Shown here: positions 49,561 to 58,786 of the stretch, piece by piece
Position numbering within the stretch: the first letter of the stretch is position 1
How the letters are laid out: every line of letters starts with the position of its first letter
Assembly: GCA_965223005.1 (NCBI GenBank)
Contig: CBDCVK010000005.1
Coordinates: 64,001 to 128,000 of the forward strand
Length of the DNA stretch: 64,000 bases
Source of the DNA: Terriglobia bacterium
GTDB taxonomy: Bacteria > Acidobacteriota > Terriglobia > JAJPHL01 > JAPKYU01
Reading direction: 5' to 3'
Translations under genes and position numbers: made by a program
Notes under the pieces: model-generated
What the model was told of the DNA's origin: nothing
What the model saw: only the letters and a program-made list of their open reading frames with translations
Databases searched by the model: none

Positions 49561-50838
49561 CTATTCCATCAGAACCGCCGGCAGCCACAGCACCAAGCTC
49601 GGGAAGAGCGTGATAAGCAGCATGACGGCAACGTTCGCTGCAAGAAACGGAGCCGCGCCGCGAAAGATCGAGCCGATGCCGAGCTTGGAAATCGCTGCGC
49701 ACACGTTCAGGCAATTGCCGACCGGCGGGGTGCAGGCGCCAACGGCCAGGCCGGAGACGAGGATGACGCCGAAATGAACGGGCGAGATGCCGGCCTCGGT
49801 CACCGCTGGCAGGAAGACGGGCGTCAGCAGCAGAATCGCTGGGCTCACGTCGATCACCGTCCCCGCGACCAGGATTATCAGGCCGATGACCAATAACGTC
49901 GCCGTCGGCCCCAGACCGAGCTCGACGACGAAGGCGGCGACAGCCTCGGGGACGCGCTCGAGCGCCAGGACCCAGATGTAGACCTGCGAAAAGGCGATGA
50001 TCAGCATGATCTTGGCGCTGGTGAGCCCGCTTTGACGTAGGCATTCTCGGAAAGCGCCGAACGTCATCACGCGGGTCGCGAAGAAGCCGATGACCAGCGC
50101 GTAGAGCACCCCCAAGGCCGCCGATTCCGTCGCGGTAGCGACGCCGAGAACGACCGCGCCGACGACGAAGAGGGGCATCGCCAGCACTGGCGCCGAGCGG
50201 CCCGTCTCCCGGATTGCGTGACGCCATCCCGGCGCGACTTCTTCACGCGGGTAGTCCCGCCGCCGAGAGATCACCACCGTCATGCCCAACTGGAGGACGC
50301 CGATTAGGATGCCGGGAATGACGCCGCCGAGAAAGAGCCGTCCGACAGACACCTGTGACACCACCGCGTAGAGCACCATCGGGATGCTGGGCGGAATGAT
50401 CATCCCCATTGTTGACGACGCGACCGTAATCCCGCTGGCGAAGTCGGCCGGGTAGCCGCGTTTCTTCATCTCGGGGATCAACACGGAACCGATCGACGCG
50501 GTATCGGATGCAGACGAGCCGGAGATCCCGCCGAACAGCATACTGGCAAACACGTTGACCAGGCCCAGTCCGCCTTTGAGACGGCCGACGAAGAGCGAGC
50601 CGAAATCGAGCAGACGCGCCGTGATCTGTGCGGCGTTCATCACGAGCCCCATGAGAATGAACAAAGGCAAGGTGATCAAGGCGTAGGAGTCCATCCCGGC
50701 AAACAGCCGCTGGGGTAGGACCTGGACCAGCGCCGGGTCGTCGACCAGGAAGAAGACGAGAGCGGACAACCCTAGCGAGTAGGCAACCGGCACGCCGAAA
50801 GCGATCAGGATCAGCAGTGCGGCGAGTAGGACCAGCAT
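49561..50838 (-). CDS. dctM: TRAP transporter large permease
   Basis: GGISGSSASD, IIPPSIPMV, TATESAA and TPPVG. Confidence 0.95.
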   Translation of the reverse strand: MLVLLAALLILIAFGVPVAYSLGLSALVFFLVDDPALVQVLPQRLFAGMDSYALITLPLFILMGLVMNAAQITARLLDFGSLFVGRLKGGLGLVNVFASMLFGGISGSSASDTASIGSVLIPEMKKRGYPADFASGITVASSTMGMIIPPSIPMVLYAVVSQVSVGRLFLGGVIPGILIGVLQLGMTVVISRRRDYPREEVAPGWRHAIRETGRSAPVLAMPLFVVGAVVLGVATATESAALGVLYALVIGFFATRVMTFGAFRECLRQSGLTSAKIMLIIAFSQVYIWVLALERVPEAVAAFVVELGLGPTATLLVIGLIILVAGTVIDVSPAILLLTPVFLPAVTEAGISPVHFGVILVSGLAVGACTPPVGNCLNVCAAISKLGIGSIFRGAAPFLAANVAVMLLITLFPSLVLWLPAVLME

Positions 50839-50842
50839 GACG

Positions 50843-51343
50843 TCACACCCGGGAAGTCCCGCGGTCTCCCTTCAGCGTCGTTGCGATCCCGATCAGACAG
50901 TAGACGACTGCCAGCCCGCAGCCGACCGGGACGGCGAGTTGAGCGACGATCCGCGGCGCTTGCGTAGCCGGCATCAGGTAGCCGCCGGTCACGGCGATCC
51001 ACCGCAGGCTCTGCCAGACGACGACGCCGTTGATGAGCGCGACCAGCGCGAAGGCGAGGCCGGCGGCCGCACGGCGGGCTCGTTCGCCGAGCTTGTCTAC
51101 GAGGAACGTGACGGCGATGTGCTCGCGGCGCCCCGCCGCTACGGCGGCTCCCAAGGCAGTCGCGTAGACGAAGAGAACCGTCGCGGTTTCGTTGGCGCCG
51201 ACGATGCCCGTATTGAACAGGTACCGCAATAAGGTCGTCGTAGCGATCAGCCCAAGAAAGACGAGCAAGCAGAGCGCCACTGCCGCCTCGAGCGCCCGGC
51301 TGAGAGCCGCCTCCAACCTGTACAGCGACTGCATGACGGTCAC
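50843..51343 (-). CDS. dctQ: TRAP transporter small permease
   Basis: 4 TM segments, RY..N, and HIAV motifs; lies between dctP and dctM. Confidence 0.9.
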   Translation of the reverse strand: MTVMQSLYRLEAALSRALEAAVALCLLVFLGLIATTTLLRYLFNTGIVGANETATVLFVYATALGAAVAAGRREHIAVTFLVDKLGERARRAAAGLAFALVALINGVVVWQSLRWIAVTGGYLMPATQAPRIVAQLAVPVGCGLAVVYCLIGIATTLKGDRGTSRV

Positions 51344-52344
51344 GGAGCTTCCCCGCGCGCGACGCGGCGAGCCTCTTCGATCTCCTCCCAGGTAAAGTAC
51401 CCCTTCTTGACGAAGTGTTCGTAAACGGCTTGCGTTTTCTCGCGGAACTGCTGGAGCGCCTCGACGGTGACGTAGTTGACCTCGAGCTTGTCGGAGAGCC
51501 GCTTGATGTAATCAGCCTCACTCTCGCGGTTCAGCCGATCGCTGTATCGGATCGCTTCGACCGCGACTTGGTCGAAGAGAACTTGCAGCTCCTCAGGCAG
51601 AGCTTCATACCAATCGAGATTGACGATCAAGGGGTCGGGGCCGGTGCTGTAGTTGGTGACGGACATGTACTTTTGGACCTCGTAGATCTTCGTGTCCCAG
51701 ATGTTCGAGAGCGCGTTGTCTTGGCCGTCAATGACCCCGGTCTTGATCGCCTGATAGACCTCGATGAAGGGGATCTCCTGCGGATTCGCGCCGAAGGCTT
51801 GCGCGGTGACGATGTAGACCTCCAGCGGTGGGATGCGCAGCTTGAGGCCTACGAAATCGCTGGGCGACCGAATCGGCCGAACGCTCGTCGTGTGAGCGCG
51901 AAAGCCCTGGGAGATGCCGCAGGCCGGAATGTGGAAGCCGTTAGCACGCGCTTCGCGGTTGATGCGGGCGGTGAAGTCGCTGTAGATCAGCCGAAGCGCC
52001 TGGTCCCAGTCCTCGACCAAGAACGGCAGCAGGAAGAGATTGTACTTGGGGTTGGCGTCGGGGAACAGACCGCCGCGAGTGCCTTGCAAGATGCCGGTGG
52101 CGACCATGTCCATCATCTCCCGGTCGTTGCCTAGGACGCCGGAAAAATAGTCTTCGACCTCGATCTTGCCGTCCGTTCTGCGTTCCAGTTCGCGCTCGAA
52201 GAACACCATTGACTCGCTGCGCGGATGCTGTGCCGGTTGAGCGTGGGCGTAGCGGAAACGGTACGTAGAGTCACGGCCGGAGCATGCTCCGAGGGTGACC
52301 GCGAGAAACACAAAGACGATGGCGCGATTACGGATCAAAAACAC
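51340..52344 (-). CDS. dctP: TRAP transporter substrate-binding lipoprotein
   Basis: Lipobox LGAC, GLKLRIP (conserved carboxylate-binding Arg) and EVYQAIKTGVIDGQDN. Confidence 0.93.
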   Translation of the reverse strand: MFLIRNRAIVFVFLAVTLGACSGRDSTYRFRYAHAQPAQHPRSESMVFFERELERRTDGKIEVEDYFSGVLGNDREMMDMVATGILQGTRGGLFPDANPKYNLFLLPFLVEDWDQALRLIYSDFTARINREARANGFHIPACGISQGFRAHTTSVRPIRSPSDFVGLKLRIPPLEVYIVTAQAFGANPQEIPFIEVYQAIKTGVIDGQDNALSNIWDTKIYEVQKYMSVTNYSTGPDPLIVNLDWYEALPEELQVLFDQVAVEAIRYSDRLNRESEADYIKRLSDKLEVNYVTVEALQQFREKTQAVYEHFVKKGYFTWEEIEEARRVARGEAP

Positions 52345-52431
52345 CTTCCATGCCCGCAGAGCCTTGGTCTAGTCTATTCTAAAAGCTTATCCGTGCGGGC
52401 TCCGCCCGGTCAGGAGAGCAAGGATAGCCAA

Positions 52432-53322
52432 GTGAAGACTGTTGGAGTCGTCGGCCTGGGAGACATGGGCCTAGCCATGGCAAAGAACGTCTTGGCGGCC
52501 GGATTTCCGCTGGTCGGCTTCGACCTGCGCGAAGAGCGACTCGCCGCTGTTGAGGCCGCCGGCGGGCGGCGCGCGGCGAACTGTGCGGAGCTAGCAAAGG
52601 CCAGTGACGCAATGTTCGTCATGGTGCTCAACGGCGCCCAGGTGCGCGATGTGGTGATCGGGAATGACGGCTTGCTGGCCGGCCTCTCGCCGTGGAAGAC
52701 CGTCATCGTCTCGGCGACCATCATGCCGGCCGAAGTGCGGGCGCTCGAAGCGCCCGTGGCCGAAAAGGGCGCCTGTCTGATCGACGCGCCTGTAAGCGGC
52801 GGAAAGTCGGGAGCCGAGGGTGGCTCCTTGACGCTGATGACCGCCGCCAAGGCTGACGTCCTGGAAGCGAACCGCGACGTGCTTGAGGCCATTTCGAAAG
52901 TGGTTTTCCACGTTGGCGAAGAGATCGGGCAAGGCCAGACCGTCAAGGCCGCGCTGCAAGCATTCATCGGCGCGACGTTCGCGGCCATCTTCGAGTCACT
53001 CGTCCTCGGGCACAAGGCCGGCGTCAAGGGCGAGATGCTGTTCAACGTATTCCGTTCGAGCGCCGTCGGCAGCCCGCTGTTCGAGAACTGCGCGCGTCTC
53101 ATCATGGATCGCAGGTTCAAGGGGACGGGTAGCCATATCGGAACGATGTATAAGGATCTCGGCATTACGATGAGTCTCGCGCGCGAGACCGGCGCAGCTA
53201 TGTTCACCACCAGCGCCGCCTACGAGCTGTTCCAGGCGGGAATCTCGAGGTTTCCCGACGAGGACAATTGGTCGGTCGTAAAATTGCTCGAGGAGATTGC
53301 CGGCACGAAAGTGACTTGGTAG
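52432..53322 (+). CDS. Beta-hydroxyacid dehydrogenase (3-hydroxyisobutyrate/L-threonate dehydrogenase family)
   Basis: VGVVGLGDMG, DAPVSGG, GQTVK and KDLG. Start GTG 52432. Confidence 0.88.
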   Translation: MKTVGVVGLGDMGLAMAKNVLAAGFPLVGFDLREERLAAVEAAGGRRAANCAELAKASDAMFVMVLNGAQVRDVVIGNDGLLAGLSPWKTVIVSATIMPAEVRALEAPVAEKGACLIDAPVSGGKSGAEGGSLTLMTAAKADVLEANRDVLEAISKVVFHVGEEIGQGQTVKAALQAFIGATFAAIFESLVLGHKAGVKGEMLFNVFRSSAVGSPLFENCARLIMDRRFKGTGSHIGTMYKDLGITMSLARETGAAMFTTSAAYELFQAGISRFPDEDNWSVVKLLEEIAGTKVTW

Positions 53323-53335
53323 AGAGGGTCGATGG

Positions 53336-54202
53336 ATGGGGAAGCTAGGAGTTATCACCGACGGCATCAGCCGCGAATTCGAACACGCACTCGAAGTCAT
53401 GAAGGAGTTCGGGCTGAGGTACGCCGAACTGCAGTTTCTCTGGGACAAGGAGGTTGGGGATCTCGACGACGCACAAATGGCGCGGGCGCAAAGCCTGATC
53501 GAACAGTACGAGATGGAGATCTGCTGCATATCTCGCCACAACTTCGCGGGGATGCTCGTGGGACAAACCGAGGTCGGCGACGAAGCCCACTCCCGTCACA
53601 TGGCGGCGCTCGGGCGTTGTATCGAAATGGCGAACGCGTTGAGCTGTGGCTTGGTTCGGATCATGAGCTTTCGCAAGGAGATGATCCTGTTCGGTTCCGG
53701 CGGCGCCGAGGTCTGGAACGTCAGCAACGGAGCCTGGGACAAGCTGAAGAGGTTGCTGGCGCCGGCCATCCGGCTCGCCGAGGACGCTGGAATCACTCTT
53801 GTCGTCGAGACGGGCAACAACGCGATGATCACCTCAGGCTACCTCGGCCGCAAGCTGGTCGACGAGATGGGCAGCAACCATTTGAAAATTCTCTGGGACC
53901 CGGGCAACAGTCTCTACTGCGCCGAGTCGGCCTATCCGGACGGATACGAAGCGCTGCGGGGGGGCTACTTCGGCCATTTGCACATCAAGGACTGTCGGGT
54001 GGACATTCCCAGGGCGACGGTCGAGCAATGCCGCTTCGGTGGGGGTCAGATGGCGCCGTACTTTGAAAACCTCGCGGCCGCTCTCGAGCGCGACGGCTAC
54101 GAGGGGGTGGTGTCGTTTGAGAGCGTTTATCGACCCGAAGGTAGAACGTTTGAGGATGGGTTCCGAGCGTCTTTTGAAAGGTTCAGCAGGATTTTCGGAT
54201 AG
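53336..54202 (+). CDS. Sugar phosphate isomerase/epimerase (xylose-isomerase-like TIM barrel)
   Basis: Metal-ligand motifs LVVET, WDPGN, HLHIKD and VSFE. Confidence 0.87.
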   Translation: MGKLGVITDGISREFEHALEVMKEFGLRYAELQFLWDKEVGDLDDAQMARAQSLIEQYEMEICCISRHNFAGMLVGQTEVGDEAHSRHMAALGRCIEMANALSCGLVRIMSFRKEMILFGSGGAEVWNVSNGAWDKLKRLLAPAIRLAEDAGITLVVETGNNAMITSGYLGRKLVDEMGSNHLKILWDPGNSLYCAESAYPDGYEALRGGYFGHLHIKDCRVDIPRATVEQCRFGGGQMAPYFENLAAALERDGYEGVVSFESVYRPEGRTFEDGFRASFERFSRIFG

Positions 54203-54212
54203 GAGGAATGGC

Positions 54213-55505
54213 ATGAGGAGGGTTCTCTCACGTTTCGGTTTGCTGGCAGTCTGTGCGTGGGCCGTCATTCTCCCGGCCCAGCAACTGAAGGAGCTTAACA
54301 GGGACATCAACTACGACGAGAGCAAGATTGTCCCCTACGACCTTCCGGCCCTGCTGATTTCGGCGGAAGGCAAGGCGATCAAGACGGCGGAAGAGTGGAG
54401 GCACGTGAGGCGTCCGCAGATCCTGTCTCTATTCTCGAATCTCGTTTATGGGCGCGTGCCTGTGCCTGCCGACCCGATCAAGACCGACTTCACGATCGAG
54501 GCCGTGGACCGGAACTTCATGGGCGGCAAGGCCGTTCGCAAACGGGTGTTGATTCGCTTTCGGAACCGACACGGCGAGTCGCGCATGACGGTTCTGGTCT
54601 TTGTACCGACGCAGAAGAAAAAGCCCGCCCCCGCCTTCATGATTCTGAACTTCATTAATCACGAACACGAATTGCTCGAGGTCGATCCGAGCAATCCGAC
54701 GATGCTCAGAATCGGTTTGCCTCTCGGGGAGATTTTGGACCGCGGGTACGCCTTCGTGTCGGTCTATCATGCGGACCTTGTCGCGAACAACGAAGTCGAC
54801 TTCCAACGCGGCCTCTATTGGAGGTTCTTCCACCCCGAGGAAACAGGCCCCCCCAAGGAGGCCATCCATCGGTTGTTCTACAAGGAAGGGCAGAGTTTCC
54901 CCAATGCGGGCGAGTGGGGCGTGCTAGCCGCCTGCGGATGGGGAGCGATGCGCGCACTGGACTACCTCGAGACTGATGACGAGGTCGATCACACCCGGAC
55001 GTTGCTGATGGGCCATTCCAAGCTGGGCAAGGCGGCGCTGTGGGCCGCCGCGCAGGACGAGCGTTTCGCCCTGGCCATCTCCGTTCAATCCGGGTGCGCC
55101 GGAGCAGCGCTCTGGCGCCGGAGAATCGGCGAGACGCTCCAGAAGATGAGCAGCCGCTTCCCATATTGGCTCTGCGAGAACGCACGGAAGTTCGTCAATC
55201 GCGAAGACGATTTGCCCGTCGACCAACACATGTTGCTGGCGTTGATGGCTCCGCGGCCGGTTTACGTCGCAAGCGCGGTGGAGGATGGTTGGGCCGACCC
55301 GCGAGGAGAGTATTTGTCCGCGTACCACGCGAGCGAGGTATATCGGCTCTTAGGAAAGAGGGGCCTGGAGTCGGAAGCGTCTCCCCAGCCCGAGCAACCG
55401 ATCATCGAGAGTGAGGTCGGATACCACATTCGCCGCGGCGGTCATACGATCAAGCTCTACGACTGGCGCCGCTTTCTGGATTTCGCGGATCATCATCTGA
55501 GATAG
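54213..55505 (+). CDS. Secreted CE15-like (glucuronoyl esterase-type) alpha/beta hydrolase
   Basis: NYDESK, WGAMRALDYL, nucleophile motif GHSKLGK, SGCAGAAL, LPVDQH, WADPRGE and GYHIRRGGH. Start ATG 54213 after AGGAGG. Confidence 0.85.
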   Translation: MRRVLSRFGLLAVCAWAVILPAQQLKELNRDINYDESKIVPYDLPALLISAEGKAIKTAEEWRHVRRPQILSLFSNLVYGRVPVPADPIKTDFTIEAVDRNFMGGKAVRKRVLIRFRNRHGESRMTVLVFVPTQKKKPAPAFMILNFINHEHELLEVDPSNPTMLRIGLPLGEILDRGYAFVSVYHADLVANNEVDFQRGLYWRFFHPEETGPPKEAIHRLFYKEGQSFPNAGEWGVLAACGWGAMRALDYLETDDEVDHTRTLLMGHSKLGKAALWAAAQDERFALAISVQSGCAGAALWRRRIGETLQKMSSRFPYWLCENARKFVNREDDLPVDQHMLLALMAPRPVYVASAVEDGWADPRGEYLSAYHASEVYRLLGKRGLESEASPQPEQPIIESEVGYHIRRGGHTIKLYDWRRFLDFADHHLR

Positions 55506-55674
55506 ACTGGCGAAACGGCCCACATCCCGCCTGAAGCTTCCAGCCGAAGGGCTGGACTTCGTTCACGACCCCATCCCGGTCCAGGCGGACGTGGTCGCGC
55601 ATCTCGTCCTGTTTGGAGAAATCCACAATGGCCATGTGCCTCTCGGGTTTGAGCGCCCTGCGGAGGCTGTCCAT
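55506..55674 (-). pseudogene. 3' remnant of a class I SAM methyltransferase
   Basis: SLRRALKP..HMAIVDF....HVRL....V.NEV...GWKL matches the C-terminal part of the fold; the SAM-binding N-terminal half is missing. Confidence 0.55.
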
Positions 55675-55700
55675 TCACTTGTCGTCTAGTTTTATTTGTT

Positions 55701-55964
55701 TCAAAGGTGGGAGTCGGAACAAGCCGCATTTGCCCTTCGCAGATGGACAGCTTGGTGGCAACTGGTGCAGAGAGTGATCAGATTTTGCTCAGCATCATCT
55801 CCTAGCCTGCTTCGTGACTGAATGTGGTGCACCTGGAGTTCAGCAATTCGTCCGCAGTACTGGCAGCGCCAACCGTCGCGCTCTAACACGTGCCGGCAAA
55901 GGCGGCGGTAAGATTCCGAGTTAAGCCGGAACCGGGGACGCCTGGGAAACGCTGGAGTCATCAA
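55701..55964 (-). CDS. HNH endonuclease
   Basis: VLERDGWRCQYCG....VHHI........D...NLITLCTSCH; ATGA overlap with the upstream gene. Confidence 0.92.
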   Translation of the reverse strand: MMTPAFPRRPRFRLNSESYRRLCRHVLERDGWRCQYCGRIAELQVHHIQSRSRLGDDAEQNLITLCTSCHQAVHLRRANAACSDSHL

Positions 55965-56695
55965 GCTACTCTTGCCTGCTCCAGAAACTTTTCCCTCTGG
56001 GGAAGCGGCAAGAACTCAAACAGGTGACACAGAGAGAAAAGCAGAGCGTTCGGGTTGCCCTTCTCTAGGTTGGCGCCTGACAGAAAGTCGGCGCAGATCA
56101 TCTCCAAGCAGTAACCACGGGATTTGTTTGTCCCGAGCATCAGGGCAGCTGTCTCCAGGGCCTGCTCCACTACCGGCAGCTGGCTCTTGTACAGCTTGAA
56201 GTAGATCAGTTCCCAAGGCTCGGTTTCCTTTCCGTTCAGATGGCGCTCAACCTCCCGTTTGAATTCTTCTTTTGGCAGGGAGTGCGCTTTGTGCAACCAG
56301 GTTGCACAATCGAACCCCTGCCTCTCCGAGCGGGCCACCTTGACCAACTCTGCCGCCTTGCTCCAGCCCACCTGCTTCAACTCCCGCTTCACCGTTTTTG
56401 GCAGGTGCTCGTGGATCGCCATCAGGTAATAGGCCTTGCGCCTGGATTCGGGGAAGCGCTTCTCTAGGAACTCGTCGAAGCAGCTGAGTTTGTCGAGCCG
56501 CCAGTACTGGCCGGTGCGGACCTCGCACAGGTAGCGACCCAAATCGACAAAGCGGCTGTCCCGCTCGCGCTCCATGCTCTGCTCCCAGGCTAGGATCACG
56601 TCGATCTTGGCCAACACGAACAGCGCCCGGCGGCGGTTCAGCTTCGGTGGCTCTAGCGACTGTCCGTTAGCCCTCAAGTTGGTCAAGCCATGCAA
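55961..56695 (-). CDS. Hypothetical helical protein, apparently a separate gene ancestrally and now in frame with the upstream nuclease
   Basis: C-terminal ~240 aa of ORF 55961..57580. Possible own TTG start at 56695 (GGAGG 9 nt upstream) or 56686. Confidence 0.65.
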   Translation of the reverse strand: MHGLTNLRANGQSLEPPKLNRRRALFVLAKIDVILAWEQSMERERDSRFVDLGRYLCEVRTGQYWRLDKLSCFDEFLEKRFPESRRKAYYLMAIHEHLPKTVKRELKQVGWSKAAELVKVARSERQGFDCATWLHKAHSLPKEEFKREVERHLNGKETEPWELIYFKLYKSQLPVVEQALETAALMLGTNKSRGYCLEMICADFLSGANLEKGNPNALLFSLCHLFEFLPLPQREKFLEQARVA

Positions 56696-57478
56696 GGTCG
56701 CTGGCCTCCGGTCTGCGGTGGAGCCGGGCCTGAACCAGCTCCGGGCGGTCCGGTGGAGGCCACCAAGCCCCAGGTAGGAGCAGCTGAGGCAGCCGTTCTG
56801 GGGGAAGCGGATGCCGCTGTGAGGTAGGAAGTGGGCAGTCTCGATCTGGCCGATGCTCTGTTGGACCAACTGCGAGAACTCCTGGCGTTGCTCTTCGCGG
56901 ATCGAAGTCCGCAGGTACTGGATTTCGGGCAGGCGTTTACGAACGAACACTATCAGGGCGACTTCAGCCATACCGCTGACCCAGGAGTAGCAGACCAGCT
57001 GTGGGTCAAGTGCCAGCAGGCCCTCGGGTTCCTCCGGGTAGCGGCTGCTGGTGGTTTTCCACTCGATCAAGCAGCGTGTGCTGTCCAGATACCCGAGGGC
57101 ATCGATATAGGCAACGAAGTCGTTCCCATTCGTAAGTTGCCGCCCTAGCTTGGCCTGCAGGTTGCGGCGAGGCTGGCGAATGCGGATGCGGTCATCCTGA
57201 GCGAACCGTTCCAGCAGCTGCACGCCCTGCCGGACCATTCGGTCCCAGCTATCGCCACTGGCGTATTCCAGAGGGGTTTCGCGATAGGCTTCCCACTCTT
57301 CGAATAGGACTGCAACGCTGTCCTCGCGGCGGAAATAAGCCGCCAGGGCCTTCTCAAATACCCGCCCGAACAGCATGCTGGCCCGGGTCTCCTTCTCCCG
57401 CCAGCCGTCCAGATAGCGGTGGCGGTAGCGACGAGGGCAGCCCAGGTAATGGCTGATCTGGGTGTAGCTATAGGTCAT
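56667..57478 (-). CDS. Cas4/RecB(AddB)-like PD-(D/E)XK exonuclease with a frameshifted 3' end
   Basis: YSYTQI..YLGCPRRY, YID, IEWKT, QLVCY and CLSC. The expected last Cys and a natural-looking tail are disrupted or out of frame. Start ATG 57478. Confidence 0.85.
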
Positions 57479-57911
57479 CGCTCTTATCCACGTCCTCACT
57501 GCTACCCACGGTGACAGCAGAAAGTTCCACCCACTCTTCCGCCGGGGCAAATCCATCCAGGTTGAGGTAGGAACGACCATTCACGTTAGCGTGTGAGACC
57601 TTGACTACGCCCCGAAGGCCCATGAGAGCTTTCTCGTCGACCACGTCCTGGCCCAACAGTTCAGCGTCGTAGCCAAAGTCCTTCAGAAACCAGTTCAGCT
57701 TCCACAGGGCCTTGGCGGTACAGTAGAGCCGCCCGGACAGCGTCCTTCCGGCAAGCTCCTCGGGCTCGAGAATAGTCAAGCGAAGAGCAAAGAAGGGCTT
57801 CTGTGGATGGTAGCGGTAGAACACTCGCCCGATCTCGACCAGGAAAATCCCGTCCGGGATGTGATCTCCGTTCCGTGCCTCCTGGTGCAGGCCTGGGATG
57901 TGACGTTTCAT
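57468..57911 (-). CDS. Hypothetical protein, DUF669/phage-SSB-like
   Basis: IPDGIFLVEI start, beta-rich core, ALWKL..FLKDFG helix and acidic tail; position between the SSAP and the exonuclease. Confidence 0.55.
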   Translation of the reverse strand: MKRHIPGLHQEARNGDHIPDGIFLVEIGRVFYRYHPQKPFFALRLTILEPEELAGRTLSGRLYCTAKALWKLNWFLKDFGYDAELLGQDVVDEKALMGLRGVVKVSHANVNGRSYLNLDGFAPAEEWVELSAVTVGSSEDVDKSDDL

Positions 57912-58690
57912 GACTTAGCCTCCTGGGGCCGGGCGTAGCTGTTGAGTTGGCAGAGCAACCCGGCTCGGTCCTTGGTAGCCCGTTCAGCGAGGTTGTTAAT
58001 GAAAGCCTCGACCTGCTCCGGGGTGGCGGCGCGGAGATTCTCGGTTCCGCAAAAGTCAGCGGCGTAGAGTTTGACCAGGGTGGGGTCGAGTCGGTGCTGG
58101 CGGATCAACTGGCACAGCCGGTCGCGCAGCCGTGGGCGGCCATTCCTAGACACCGTTTGCGCTGCTGCCACAGGAGTTTTCGTGGACACACGGCCGGGCT
58201 CGATCTGAGAGGAGGAGGATCCGAGTTCCTCCACCGAGCACAGGCCGATGCCATAGGCCTTTCGTAGAGCCCGGTTGACGGCCCGGGTCTCGGCCATTCG
58301 CATCTCAGCCCCGCGGACAAGGTCAGAAACGTTGGAGGGATCGGCATCCCCGTAGCCGACGAACCCCCGGGAGCCAGGAGATTTATAGACCGTGGCCTTG
58401 AACACCCACCGGCTGGCGGCTGGGTCGCAGAACTCGCGCACCGGCTGGACTCGGATGCCCGAGCAACGATTGCGGTCGGCCAAGCGCAGGAGGCCAGCAT
58501 GGGTGACATACCAACGACCATCCAGAAAATGAACTTCACCCACTGCCACTGAAAATAGATACCGGGTGGTAAGTCTTTCTAGCCCTTCGCCCTGAACTTT
58601 GCCGATTCGGCCAGGCCAAAGCTGCCTGGCCAGCCGCAGATTCTTCCTAAACTGCGCTTGGCTTTGGGAACTCCTTGATCTCATATGCAT
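57908..58690 (-). CDS. Putative single-strand annealing protein (Rad52/Sak-like)
   Basis: YVTHAGLLRLA, WVFKATV, FVGYGDA and MAETRAVNRALRKAYGIG..SVEEL pattern typical of phage annealases. Start is 58690 or 58684. Confidence 0.65.
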   Translation of the reverse strand: MHMRSRSSQSQAQFRKNLRLARQLWPGRIGKVQGEGLERLTTRYLFSVAVGEVHFLDGRWYVTHAGLLRLADRNRCSGIRVQPVREFCDPAASRWVFKATVYKSPGSRGFVGYGDADPSNVSDLVRGAEMRMAETRAVNRALRKAYGIGLCSVEELGSSSSQIEPGRVSTKTPVAAAQTVSRNGRPRLRDRLCQLIRQHRLDPTLVKLYAADFCGTENLRAATPEQVEAFINNLAERATKDRAGLLCQLNSYARPQEAKS

Positions 58691-58691
58691 T

Positions 58692-58777
58692 TCTATTACT
58701 ATCTATTACAATAGCATACATTTCCCATCTGGCTTGTCAAGAGATTTATTGGCAGGATGAAGAGTTCCTCTTACAAT
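58692..58777. promoter_or_regulatory. Back-to-back sigma70-type promoters with tandem TCTATTAC boxes
   Basis: Minus strand TTGACA (58735-58740)-N16-TATGCT; plus strand TTGGCA (58749)-N17-TACAAT (58772); TCTATTAC at 58692 and 58702; AT-rich. Confidence 0.6.
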
Positions 58778-58786
58778 CATCAACCG

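Noticed and set aside
56667-57478. Cas4-like nuclease as part of a CRISPR-Cas locus
   Set aside because: No cas1/cas2 or array is present; its neighbours are phage-type recombination genes.
55961-57580. The 539-aa ORF as one native protein starting at 57580
   Set aside because: The first 34 codons overlap the upstream gene, and internal evidence points to two ancestral genes joined by an indel.
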